Below, one piece after another: positions 37,764-51,900 of a stretch of DNA of 64,000 nucleotides. Source of the stretch: Antedon mediterranea (Eukaryota > Animalia > Echinodermata). The notes beneath the pieces are model-generated. The model was not told the DNA's origin. It did not search any database and saw only the letters and a list, made by a program, of their open reading frames with translations. The stretch lies in assembly GCF_964355755.1 (NCBI RefSeq), contig NC_092670.1, forward strand, positions 21,500,795-21,564,794, written 5' to 3'. Position 1 is the first letter of the stretch. Each line of letters begins with the position of its first letter. The translations under genes were made by a program, and so were the position numbers.

Positions 37764-40700
37764 TATTTGTCACAAAATCACAATTTTATTAACACGAAAC
37801 TCCAAAAATTAGGTGACCTTACTTCTACGTCATTGATTCGGAGATACGCCCTCGATTAAACTTAAGCTTAAACTTGTTTGGAGTTAACAAACACAGCAGA
37901 TTCGTTTATATGAGGCGCAATTTGTGACATTAGTAATTTAATAGGCAATATGACATTTTCTGGTATATTTAGTGTACTAAAAAAGACAACTTAACTGTAT
38001 GACATACAGTAATATTATATCATTTTCTCACTCAAAGATCTTGTACAATAAATCTCTTCTTGGTAATAAAATTTCAGTCCATCTTTACGTTAAACATATA
38101 TTGCAGCCAACAACAAAAAAAGATTAAACACTTTAGATTCGCATTTGATTTTATTATCATTTTTAAGAAAGTTAAGAAGTTATACATAAAATTGTTGTCG
38201 ATAGAAACGTTTCAACATCATAAATTAATCTCATAAAATGTACGTTACATTTTCGATCAATAACAACATTTTGGGGAAAGAATTAAAAAACCATCGCAGG
38301 AAAAATAAAGCTTATTTAGTTGTAGGCCTACAGTATTATATCAAAAGTTTAAATGCAATAGTTATAAACCTAAACCCATAAATCTATTTAGTAGTATTAA
38401 TGCACTTGTCGGTATTATTAAGACGTTTAAATACAACAAACAATTTTAAATATTGATGAAATAAATAACTGACATTGTTAATTAATTATGAAATTAATTT
38501 ATAAAAGTGGTCTGCATGCTTGAAGAGACATACATGTTATCTATTTCTGGTAATGTGTACCAAAGTATTAAGCTCTGTCTACACTATCAAACTACTGTAG
38601 TAGAAACAACGTTTAATGTACCCAGATATGGTAGTGATATGCCCAAATATGGTATTGATATTTTATCATCATGTCCATATATGGGTATGCTTTTGTAACA
38701 TAAAGTTTGATAGTGTAGACAGAGCTATATGCAAAACAGAAAAAAAAACACTATTTATTTGATTTGTAACGCACATCTAGTTTACTGATAAGTGTAAAAG
38801 AAGCAAAGGCACAGCAACAACAATTATGTTTAACAATAATGTTTAACTATATTATATAGTACTTAAAAATAATTCACTACCAAAAAAAATTGTTTACAAT
38901 TAGTCAATTGACAAAATCTATATTAAAACAAAAGGATTAACATTCATACAATTGGGATAATGTCCATTTAAAGTTACTATGTGATCATGCATAAATTGTT
39001 CCAAATTACATATCTCAAAATCTGAATATTTTAAAATAACAGGTACCATTAGGCTACACAGCTGTAAATGCTCAGAAACATGAGCATTAACTGTAACACC
39101 ACTTTCGACATTGCTTTGAAAAACTCTGGAGTTTTACACACACCAGGGCACACACTTTACAAAATGTCAGTGTTGTGTGTAAAGCTCTGTCTACACTATA
39201 AAACTAGTTTGACAAAAACAGTGTGATGTGCCCAAATATGGCAGTGATATTCCCAAATATGGTAGTTATATGACATGTCCATATATGGGCACATCATATT
39301 TTTTGTCACATTATGTTTGATAGTGTAGACAGAGCTTTAAGTGTTGTGAAATGTGTATTAAACTCTGTATAGCTGTGTACTTAGGCACATCATGAATTGG
39401 TTGCTATAGTGTATGTTAGGATATAGTTTATTCTGTGTGGACCCAACACTGTAATCAAGCGTCCTGCGCTGGCTACAGTGCAATTGCTGTCCCCGTGCTA
39501 TTGAACTGTCATATCACATTTTGGTTAAGAATTGTTCAGACTCACAAGAGTAAAGTTTGCAGCAGTTGTATAATTAAAATGTTATCTCTATTCTGTAATA
39601 CACGGCAAAGATTTGTTAACTCAGACCCAATCAAATTGCAAGAAATGTAAAGTGGTCATATTACAATTACAATTACTTTCATAACATCCTAATCCTTATC
39701 AATGTACAGAATATATATATAAACCTAAACATACTGTACCTCCATATCAAATTAAAAATAGTACGTTATCCAATGCAACAACAATAACTTGGACATTGAT
39801 TAAAATGTTATTTACACATAGTGTACTGTAGCTTTTAATATTCTGAAACTATTTTCACTTCCCAAAAATACCACTACAAGAAGCTCATAGGCAGGATTTC
39901 TCTTTTTGAAGGGATTTCCTGCCTATATGCTTGTTCATCCATATCCCATGACAATACATTTTGCATACATCTTTACAAAATTGAATCTTAAATCTTTAAT
40001 CATTATAGTATTAAAATGCTCCTCAAAATTGTGTGACTTAAACTTCGGTAAAGGTAAATTTGGTCAATAAAACTAATGTTTCTAGGAACAGACTAAAAGC
40101 CAAAACGCTTACTCTACATAATGAACGCCACTACTACTAAATCTAATCTATACCAACGATTGTTTCTGATTTTACATTTGTATTTTTTGGGGCCACATTT
40201 TGAAACCAAACTAGACTACTAATATATATATTTGTTATAATTAACTAACCATGTATGCAGTTTTTGCCAAAATACAATTTCTGTACAATAGTATTTACAA
40301 TATACAATGATCACAAAAATGGTTATCTACATTAGCTAAACTAATTTCATTTTAACTGCCAAAAGTGTGTGGGGGGGGGGGGGGGTTTAGGTCCTAACAC
40401 TACCCCTGGATAACCGCAACATGATTAAAGTAAACTATCGCCCATTGCCAGTTTTTCATACTTTTTCACAGTATAGATTAAAGATTTCAACCCTATATTG
40501 GTGTAAGAATAGCATTGGCAATTACTTTTTAAATGTTACGTGGTAGTCACAGAATTTTGTACAGGTTTTATCTTTGTCAGACATGAAGAGACGGTGTTAC
40601 ATACTTATAGATTATAAATTTAACCAAATGATACCACCACACAAGATATATAAATAGCGTAAGCATAAACATAGTTTTTACAAATCACACAACATTCATA

Positions 40701-42965
40701 ATGCAGTACCTACAGAACAAAATACACCCTACATCCTAACTACAATTAAATATTTACTGACAAAACTAGCTAAACTACACACCTCAATTTAATAAAAGAA
40801 AAAATAAAACTATTTATAAACCATCCGCTATATTATATATATTTTAAAGTAAAGGTATACACTTTATTCTTATATTCACAATTTGTTTTTTTAGTTTTAG
40901 TAATTTTTTTGTATATATTTTTTTTTTTTATTTTTTTTTTTGTAAAGAAATGATTGTATAATCAATCAGATTGGTAAACTGCATCTAAAAAGATAACTAC
41001 TATACAAATGGTATAGTTTAATATATAACATTTTAATTATCAATACATACAGTCATAACAGTAATTTGGTCTTCTAAGCGAAAGTTTAGGGTCCTTATTA
41101 AGGCTATGAATCTATACATATTTTAATCATATTTAACAAAATTCTAATATTACTAATAGAAAAAAAAAATGCATGTTTAAGTTTGTTTTACTATTAGACT
41201 ATGACAATCTAAATACATACACCTTGCTGCTACGTTATCACCAAAAACATGCAAATCTATTTGAAATATTTATAACAGTGATTAGAGGTCATTAAACCAC
41301 CTCACCAATGAATATGCAAAATAGATCATGAATATTCAACAAATTATCTTTTACTACAAATTTACCTCTCTAAAACAATTTCTTGGTCCTCTAAGAGAAA
41401 CATTTTTTAAATATTTTTGACGTACATTAGGCAAGTGTTCACTAATTAGAGGGAACCAATGACTAATGATTTTCAACATGAGATATATGCAACATATTAA
41501 CCAATACCATACTAAAAACATTTTTAAATTACTTTTATCACTGCTGTAATAACTAATGTTTTATAAACCAAATATGGTAATCTAAATTCACTTAACTACT
41601 TTTTTTTTTTTTAATCAAATTTTTTTTCAACAAAATAAGTATACAGACACTCTTATTTACAACTATAGGCACACAGCAAACTGTGAAGTCTACATTAATC
41701 AAAGCAACCAACAATTTACCAATTGAAAAACCCAATCAATAAATTGATAGACCAATCAATATATCAATCACCAATCAATATATCAATCACCAATCAATTA
41801 TCAATCACCTGATTCAAGCAAATTAATCAAAACATTACTAAAATTTATTTAGAGAATCACCATTAGTTTAGAATCAAAATGTACAAAGTTTTCCAACAAA
41901 ACTACTAAACTAAACAAACTGGAATAGTTATTAATTGGAGTAAGCAAAGGCCTATAAATTAGGTCCACAGATTAAACTTGAAAAATTGGTCAAACATTTA
42001 ATTTTCTAAACATGCTTTTTTTTTAAACATTTTTAAAAACTTTATACTAAAGTAATATATATAAGATTGTTCAAAATCATAAACAAATTATTATTTTTTT
42101 TTTTTCTCTTTTTCATTTTTAAATAGATTTTTCGCCCATTTTTTTTCTGAAACAGAGTAAAGATTTTTTGTTCTGCATTTTACAGGCATATTATAACGAT
42201 TTCTTAATATTCAGAAAATACACAATAGCATCTCCTTAAAACAAGATATAATTTTCTGGAAAAACTTCATAACCGACAAACTTCTTTAAATAAAAAAAAT
42301 TGTTGTGTTGCTACCTTTGAAAAATTGTTAGTTTAGTTTTTCTTTATCATATTTTTTTCTATTTTCTTTTTGTATCCTTCTTTTATGGAACTAGTTCAAA
42401 TTTAAAATCCAGATTTCAAATTACAGAACAATGCAAATGCAGTTACTGCAGTAAAAACATTTTTGTTTAGCCTCTTTATGCGATTACTTAGCAGCATTTC
42501 ATCATACACTGTTTAGTGCAGTGACTGCCTTATAAACTTCTATTTTTTGGAAAAAACCGTAGTAAAATAATGTTGACATGATCCATAAATAAAGGAGGAA
42601 CAAAAGTAAAAACATAATATGTATGAATATGAAAATATGTAATAACAATATTACATTCTATAAATAATATAACAAAAGCACACTGATGATAAAAGCACAG
42701 AAAACAAAAATGCTTCAAAAACCCAAGTTGTGAGTTTGTTAAGTGCAACACAACCATCTTTTAAATAACAGAAGTACATGACATCCATCTTTCTTTTTTC
42801 TTATAAACTAGTTTATCATACAGTACTTAGTAGTGTACATATATATAAATAGAAAAACTGTAAAATGTTATATAGGCTATTTCATTACCAAATCATCCCA
42901 AATTTTTCTCCAAAAAAAAAAGGATTTAATTTTTAAGTTTTTTTTTTATACAAAAATCATTTATT

Positions 42966-45900
42966 TCAATTGAAATAAGAATAAAATCCATCTTTATTAT
43001 GCCGATTTCCAAGGTCTTTGATAACTGACAATGGATCTGGTGACGACGCCTTAACACGGTCATCAACCAACTTAGGCTTCGGTTTAGGTGGTTGTCGAAG
43101 GGCGCTAGCATATGACTTTCCTGGTGCCTTTAACTCTTCTTGGCTAGGGTTACTTTGTAATCTTGGCGCCGAATCTTTAGACCAATTCATTGCCAGTTGA
43201 TTTTGAGGAAAATCGATGTTGTAAGAAGCTGTTGGGGATCGACTATTGCTTTCTGAAAAAAAGAGATTATTTTGGTGCGACTGCTGTGCCTTTGCCACAT
43301 CAACATGAGGCGACACACCACCCGATTTACGTTGGAACTGATCGCTTTTCCACGATTCTGTTGAATCACTCCAGGCATCCGATAGCTTTCCTGGTCTGCC
43401 ATATGGAGCTCGACCCTGTTGAATTATATCCATGTTGGAGTTTCGTGGAAAATCCAACAATCCATTTAGGCTGGCAGTATTTATCATTTCTTGTGACATA
43501 TTCATTGGTAACATGCCAGCGTGTTCAAGTTTCGTTTGTTCCAACTGACTAGAAGCAGTGAACTGGGATGCTTCCATGGCCTTTCTGCATTGAATGTCAT
43601 CTCCTGTGAACGTCATTCTTCCAGGGTTTTTTGGCATTTTCATAAGCATCTTGTTCAGTTCCACAAGAGGGAGTACGTCATCACCTTTTACTGGTTGATT
43701 AGTGTGTTTGTTATTGTTCTGTACTGTGATGTTGCTCCCATTTTGATTCTTTGCGACAAATGGACGTTGGTCAGAAACCTGTACCGGTTTTTGCTCGCCA
43801 GGGTTCAGTGCCTTGTAATTCATACCGTTTTGAGCGTTGCCGACTGGTATTGTTCCACTTTGTTGATTTATCACACCTGTGTTATGTAAATTAGCCCCAC
43901 TTCTATTATTATAATGAGGTGCACTTTGTTTGTAATTCTGATAGCCTGCTGAAGGGTTATTCTGAACCACTTGAGCACCTGTATGGGTGGGAGATGGGTG
44001 ATACTTTGGCGACGACATTCCAGATGGCATGTTCTGCTGTGGATGACCCGGGGGTTGATGATAACTATGATACTGTTGATGACTTCCGACCTGTGAACCA
44101 TATTGTGTAGGGTGACCACCTGGTACATGTTGATTATGTTGTGGAGGATAGCCACTTGGTGAATGACGCTGAGGTTGCACGACACCTGGTGAATGTTGCT
44201 GAGGTTGGTTACGATAATTACCAGGATATTGGGCCGGGTTCCCGCCATGACGTGTCACATTTCCATGATTAGGCTTAGGGGAAAGCTGTGATGGTGGTGT
44301 GACCATTCCGTGGGAGGGAGAATGCCGCAGAGGATAGTTTACATACGGATGTCCGGTCATCTGATCAATAAGATGGTTTCCGATAGGAACATATGGAGGC
44401 ATACGCATCATGGGATACACCGGAAGATAAACATATTTTCCACCTGTGTTGGGATCGATAGTCAATGGATGATGGCGATACATATTCGCATGATGGTGAT
44501 AAGGTGTATTAACAGTCTGTGCACGTAAAGGTGCTCCTATCAAGGGGCTACTAGCCGGCGACGGAGTCAGTGGGGGTGGAGTTGGGGTACCTGCTGGTGA
44601 TAATACAGCTTTTGTTAACCCTGCTTGGTAGACTGGAACACCCGTCATTTGTGCTCTGAGAGCCCTCGGGATGAACTCTTTTGCAAGAGGGTTTAAAGTG
44701 TACGTCTTTTTCAGCTCAACACCAGACAGCTGTGCCTGAATGCTTTTGTAAGTTATTCCGTGCAGGCTCTTATTTTCATCACAAATTTTGATAAAATTCT
44801 CCCATAGAATTCTGTAAAAACAAACAATTTTTATTAAGACAATACTGAGAAAAATTCATAAATACAGTAGGAGCCCTTCAGGGACATCCTTAAGAGGACA
44901 ATTTCTGTGAAATTAACAAATTGCAATATATGTTTAACACTACAGCCAATCCTTATTAAAATGGACCTGAAATGGATTTTCGATTTTTTTCATTTTAGAA
45001 TGATGTTTTTGGGGCTATTAGGTGTTGCTAGAATGTATATTGTTACAAAATATAAATTGGCCCTTTTGGGGAAAGCCCCATTTGAAAATCAAAAAAATTC
45101 GCGGGTGACGTCACTTTGCGAATATATTCCTATCCCTCCAATGGACAATTTGCAGTTTCTTGGCTATAACTCTTGAAATCTATGGAGTATTTTCTAAAAA
45201 ATGCTTGTGCATTTGCAGAAACGTATTTAGAATTTTTTTAGATAAAATTATTACCGTATAAACAGTTATTCATCAAGTAAATGACGATTTAAAATCTTAA
45301 AATCAACGTTTTTTTTCTGGCAATACCGAAGTTGGCCTGGCAACGTTGTCCGGGATACAGCTCCGTGCGCAATGATGCGTATCCATATTTTCCGTTCGTG
45401 TATTTTGTATATCGTTCGTAATTTATACTGCTAAAATGTGTTAGTTTCTCTAGTTTTTAGTTTAGCAGAATTAAATTAGTAATATGAGATGATAATTTAT
45501 TTGTCACGAATCAGGCAGTTCGAAAACGAATTTTATTCATATTTTACTTTGGCTTGACAATGAGCGCAGCAAGTTGTTGATATCGCTTTGGTCCTTGGAT
45601 GCACATGAAACGGAGCCTTGCCGCATGATGTGAGTGGTGGATCGACTCCGCGCGCTGGATTGGGGGCCTAGCCTAGTAAAGGTTTAGGAGGTAGGCCTTC
45701 TAAATTCGGGTTTTAGAACAAACGAAGTACATTTTAGGGACCTATATTTCAACATTAGATATTGAATAAATTAGTATTAGTGTCAACGCTTCAGGTATCT
45801 TTCCAGGCCGTCGATCAATCACTGACTATCGGGCGGCATACACGCTCTCTCGTGTGTATATGTGACGTCGTGAATATAGAGGCTTCCGACGGCCGTTGAA

Positions 45901-48900
45901 ATAGAATATTGCAATGGCGTGAGTAATTTTCGCTAATTTACCATGGTATCTTAAAATTTCGTTTTTACTCAAAATACTATACATTTTGTTTTTATTTGTA
46001 TGGCTTTGTGTTAATTTGATACATTTAAATAACATGTGTGAATTTCTTGAAAATCGAAAGTCCATTTCAGGTCCATTTTAAGAGGACACTTTGTTGGGTC
46101 CCAATGGTGTTCCCTTAATAGAGATACTACTGTGTACTACAAACCTGCATTTTCCAATTGAGCAAAGAGACACTGGATCTCCAACGACAGCCACAAGACT
46201 CTGCGCTCTTGTTATTGCAGTGTTCAATAACTTATCGTTCGATAGGAACCCGTAGTCTACATCAGACGCACTTTTCAACTTTCCCTTTGGAGTCAGGTTG
46301 CTGGACAATTCAGCTTTACATGTATGACGAGTGCGAACTGTGCTAATGAACAATGCACGGAACTGTTTACCTGAAAATTTTTAAGAAGATTTATTTTGAA
46401 AGTCAGATCAGGCAACATCTGACAATTTTCAACGATCATACAAGCTTTGTGAGAATAACAAAAAAAACTGAACAAATTAGTAACTTTAGTGAAATGATCA
46501 TTTACCTTGTACATTCATGACACGCTCCACAGTAACATTGCCAAGACGTTGTTTACGTAGTTCAGATCTGATCTTATAAACCTGGTCAGTATAAGGGGTC
46601 ACCACACCTATACTGGTGTCAGTAAGACTACCCCACTCCTTTGGCCATGACCTTTGAACTTCCTTTACACGTTCAACAATTTCATAAACCTAAATAATTT
46701 CCAAACAAAACATTTTTATAATTTAAATTTATTCTTCTTTGAGGCATGTAACAATTACAACAATGCAACATTAGTATCATGGCATATACATGTTTTACAT
46801 GACGATTTCATTACACCATAACAAACTTGTATGCGAAAGTGTAAAGTTATCCCAGAAGAAGTTGTATGTGTGAATCGGGTATAAGCTCCATTATTACATA
46901 CCTCAGCAATATTGTAGAATGTGGTGCTATTCTTATCCTGAATGTCCTCACCACGAGCTGTAAAAAATGTCAGCGGAAAATATTTCTCACTTGCCGGCTG
47001 TTGACCGCTAGATAGGAGCTTACCCTCATAGAAAAGCTTCGACGCATATGAGACAATTGCTTCGTGTGATCTGTAATTCTCACAAAGGAGAATCTTGCAT
47101 TGATGCTCTACTGGGTACATGTCGTGGAGACGCTCAAGAAGGGAGATGTGCAAGTTACGATCACGTGCGAATTCAGAGTGCACATGCGGGCTGATCTGCA
47201 TGTGGTCACCAGCAAGGACGATTCGTGTGTTCTTCGTTGCGAGAGCAAGAGGCATGATGGTTTCACACTCCATAGCTTGAGCTGCTTCATCAAGAAGTAT
47301 ATGCGTGAAGACACCTACAGATAATAAAAGACAAAAATATGATTATTAGAGATTAGATTAGAGATTATTGGTCAGATGTTTGCCCTACCTTACATTGTAA
47401 ACCATGTAATTCTTGGGTGTGATTCGAAGCCTAGCATTCATATCTCTAGACCACCAAGCTTCCGCTGATGGCTACGCTGAACATTCAAGGCCAAGTAAGC
47501 AGCGAGTACTGCACCAACAGGAAGACAATTGTATTTAACTACAGTGGAGTGTAGTGTAGGTAAACAGGACAAACATCTGATCAATTTACTTAACTCCCTG
47601 ACAAAACTACTCCACAGTAGTTAAATCATAAGACATTTTAAAATATTATCACAAAATACTTGTACCTTGCTCAAGATCTAAATGACTGAGGTCACGAGAT
47701 GTGCTAAGGGTCGCCACAACCACACGGTGCTTCATGATCATATCCTTGGTGGGCTGAACAAATTGCATTTCATTCTCCGACATGACGCAATATAATCTCA
47801 CGGTGGGATGAACTGTAGCCACCCAACGTCCATGGAAATAGACACGTAGAGGGCGAGCAGAATCATTTCCTGCTTGTACAAAAGGGTGCAAGTACTCTCT
47901 AATGTACAAATCAGCAGCACTGTAGGGGTAAGGGGAAATCAAATTGAAATGAATACAATTTTTAACAGGGAAGAGAACAGTAGATTTAGGAGGGTATCAA
48001 GCACAAAAAAAAAATCATCCTTACTAATCTAAAATACTATACATAATAATAAATACACTATGTAATTTAATATGTATGCCTGACTGGCTCATTAAAAAAT
48101 TGCATCCATTCACTTTGGTTTTATACATTTTTAAATTCCATTTTGTTGGTATTCATTTGTTGTATTTTAAATGTATTGTTGAAGGGATACTAAATGAATA
48201 AATACATAAAATAAATAGGATAATTACCTGTTTGAATGGGTACAAATCAGTACCCTTGTGTTAGGCTGCTGCAGAATAAGCTTAGTTGCCTGAGCTAACG
48301 TGTACGTCTTTCCTGTACCAAAAGGGCCAATCAGAAAGATAGGTGGAAAACGTGAGGTCAGAGGTGAAGTTATTGCAATGATTGCCTCTTTTTGTCTTGC
48401 ATTTAACCGTTGGTCGCTACTTTCACTCCATTGCCTATGAAAGATTAAATAAAGACATTTTGAATTTGACCGCATATAAAATTTGGTGTCTATGAAAAAA
48501 ACGGTATGGTACAATGTTAAACACATACCTATGAGGTGTCCAATTGATATCAAGAGCTTTGCTGACCTCAGGAAAGATAATACCTACATCTGGGAGTTTG
48601 TCCACTGCATAATGCATCTCACAAATTGGCAGCCTGAAGGTAAAATAAATATAGTGTACAACTATTCAAAATAAAGATACATTGTAAAAGCTGAGTAGAA
48701 ATGAAACAGGAACAACCACAAGACAAGCACAAAATATTAATGCATTAATAATATGAAATATAAATGTTTGTAATATGTAATATAGCATACTGCATTATTT
48801 TTGTTATACAATATCTGTTGAAGTTTAAATAAATAAGCAAACTGTGTATACAAACCGTGTTTGTGGAGGAATTGTACGGAAAACATTTTGTAATTGGTTA

Positions 48901-51900
48901 ACTTAAAATCTAGAGGGTAACAGATATACTTACCTATTTAATTGGAACTGGACGTAGACTTCCAGCTCTGTATCTGCCTTCAACTCAAGCTCATTGACAC
49001 ACCTCTTTGACAATTTCAAGTACACAAATCCTTTGCCCTTTTCCTCAATAACTGAAGTGTAGACTTTCTCTGGTTCTTTGCCGTTCACACTAGCTCCTAA
49101 CAAGATTAAGTTACAGCTACTCAGGATGAGTCGTCCCGCACTTTTATCCTCAGACAGTTCGTTGTTTAACTTAAGCAATGCGAACAGTTCACCGCCTTGA
49201 GCATACCTAGCCCCAACGTTCCGATGCGGAACAAGTAAAAAACTAGTAATCAACTGGATTCTAGTTTTAACATTAAACCTGTAAAACAAAGTTCCTCTTT
49301 AAAATCTAGACTTATCTTACAATTCCATATTAATACCAGACATGACTGTTAAGTCTGTTCTTATGTGATAAACTCAAGCATCATGGCAACATGTTCATAT
49401 GTGAGTCTTTTCGGAAATCTGAAAGGGTATCTTTCTTTCATGCACACATGATAACTAGTAACATAGATGTTTACACTCCTACTAGCATCATTGTAAATAA
49501 ATCCATGAGATGTGGCCACAATAAAGCATAAGTGAATGCATCAGGCCAATCACAATTGTTTATTAAAGTATAACATTCAATGACTACCGACCCAATAGAT
49601 TCTTTATTATTTTGCCAGTCATTTCATGTTAATTTCATGTCTACTATAAAGCAGGGCTTATGGGAAGCTAGCCTTTACTAGACTGGACAAGTGAAATATC
49701 GAAGCCCTGACCTTACACACTTTAAGGGCCTAGAGGGAACTTAGAAACATCTTACCTACTAATACTTTGATATTGCGCTATCTCTTCTATATGTAATAAA
49801 TCATGCATCTTCTCCCTATAAATATTCTTTGTTAGTTTCTTTTTAAGAACCGATCCTTTAAAAAGTTGTTCCGTTGTGCGAGGTGGGTGGTAATAACTAA
49901 TTAATCCACTATCTTTCTCACTGAACAAGTGCGGGGTTGGTTCAAATGCAATGATCGTTTTATTCGTGCTGTCCCAACGCTCCGAGATATTTACAACCGT
50001 GTTACGTACTTCATCAAGTTGTTGTTGGTCAGACACAGAAACGGCATCGACGAACAGATGTTGGATTAAAACGGGCATTTCACCAAAATCAAACACAATA
50101 GACTGCCGAAAGGTTCCGTAAATTTCAGACGTGAACTGTACTTTGATGCGATACATTCGTTCTTTTGATTTACCCGCATTCTCACTGTGTGTGTTAGCCC
50201 AATCCTGACACGATCCAGGTACATCTTGATCAACCTGTTTATTCGTATCTCCGATGCTAAGACTGCGAATACTGAAATGTGTTCGATGTATGTCGTACAG
50301 AAGAGACACATGATGTAATTCCATAGATGGCTAATGAAAAGATAATAATACAGAATAAGACATTATAACAATTTCGGTTTGCAACGATCTTATGCAAGTT
50401 AAGCATTACGTTATTTATCCAAGTTCTCACTCTGCTCTGTATAAGCAATTTCTATTTTTTCTGTACACCTAAAAAAAGGTTAAATGTGCATATCTGTGAT
50501 CAACTAAATTGGAAGTAATTGAAAAAAACATAGTTATGCAAGTAGTACCTACATATGATGTCATGAGGTCATTGCAAAATCAAAACCTCCTTTACATTCA
50601 ACAGATTGTGACAAATATGCAAGTTACGTATTTACTACCTATGCACATTAAAAACAGTGTAGGCTTAGCATTTCTAGGAAAATCCTACCTTGCAATGAAT
50701 AGTAAAAGTCCATGACTTAGCTGAACTTTTGCTTGACACTGTAACATTGAGGCTAGAGTTTACATCCAGTTTAACACCATCTATTTTGTCAGTTATCTGT
50801 AAATAAAGAAATTCTAAATAAATATTTCAACTCAAAATAAATAAACAAACATACTAATATGGGATAAAATGAAAACTGTTAGTAATCTAGAAAGAAATAC
50901 TTTATGTTCACATACCACGTCTGTTGGTGTTGCTGCATTGACTAACTTCTCTAGCAATGTTTCAACATAACTGCTTCCATGCAGTTGCTTCTCACGTGCC
51001 TGCTGAAGTTTCATCTGTCTGTAACGGTAGCGCTCAATCCACTCGGCTAGCTCATCTTCTGAATGTGCACATGTACACTGTGCACCAAAACGACAGCGGA
51101 CAAAACTACACACAAGAAAACAAATAATAGGTGTTTGTATAGATACCTTTACTTAAAAAGCTTTTGTAATGTTTTAACATATTGAGCTAGAAGTCAGTAC
51201 ATGTGGTCTCTTGACTGGGTGGACACTTGTTATATGTTGTGTTATTTGTTTGTACCTTTATACATGTTTATAAATGAATATTGGCAGTAACAAGTGATAG
51301 ATTATTAATACTGTAGTATAAAATTTCCATTTTTGATTTCATGGTTTGAACAGTGCAAGCCATTTAAACTATATATACTCACTTAGAACATAAAATATAG
51401 TCATCGCTAGTGATGCCTCTAGGTGGCGGTCTATACTTCCAATCGTGACCTTCGTCTGACATAATGATGGCTTGATGGCTTTCGCTAAGACAATGAATAT
51501 GTAGATCGACTTGCGTTGAAAACTGTAAGTTGCAGTAGGTGCAAGGGAAGTTAGTGGAACCAACAGCAGACATGATCTTGCCATCATTACTACGTCTGCG
51601 ATCTAGGCCAGTTGTTGGACTGCTAGTACTGCCACCGCTTGATTGACGGGTTAGGATAGTCGGGCTTGTGGGTGATTTGGTAACAGGCGAGATACTGGAG
51701 CTAGAATTTTTAAGAAGCGAAAAAAATTATCATAGATGTTTAGCCATTATATTTTGAATTAAGAAGTTTCCTTGTAGTAAGGCAACCTCTTAAAATCAAC
51801 TAAATAGTAGCCCAGCCGTTTTATCTCCTTGACCTTCTTCCCTCCTACGCCCCTCTTGCTTGTCTTCGTTCGACTGATCAAAACCTACTACTTGTTCCTA

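Noticed and set aside
43018-44528. Overlapping and antisense ORFs in the last HELZ exon
   Set aside because: Shadow ORFs of a long, relatively GC-rich coding exon.
44960-46077. Autonomous transposase in any TIR element
   Set aside because: All elements are under 1.3 kb and none has a DDE or tyrosine recombinase ORF.
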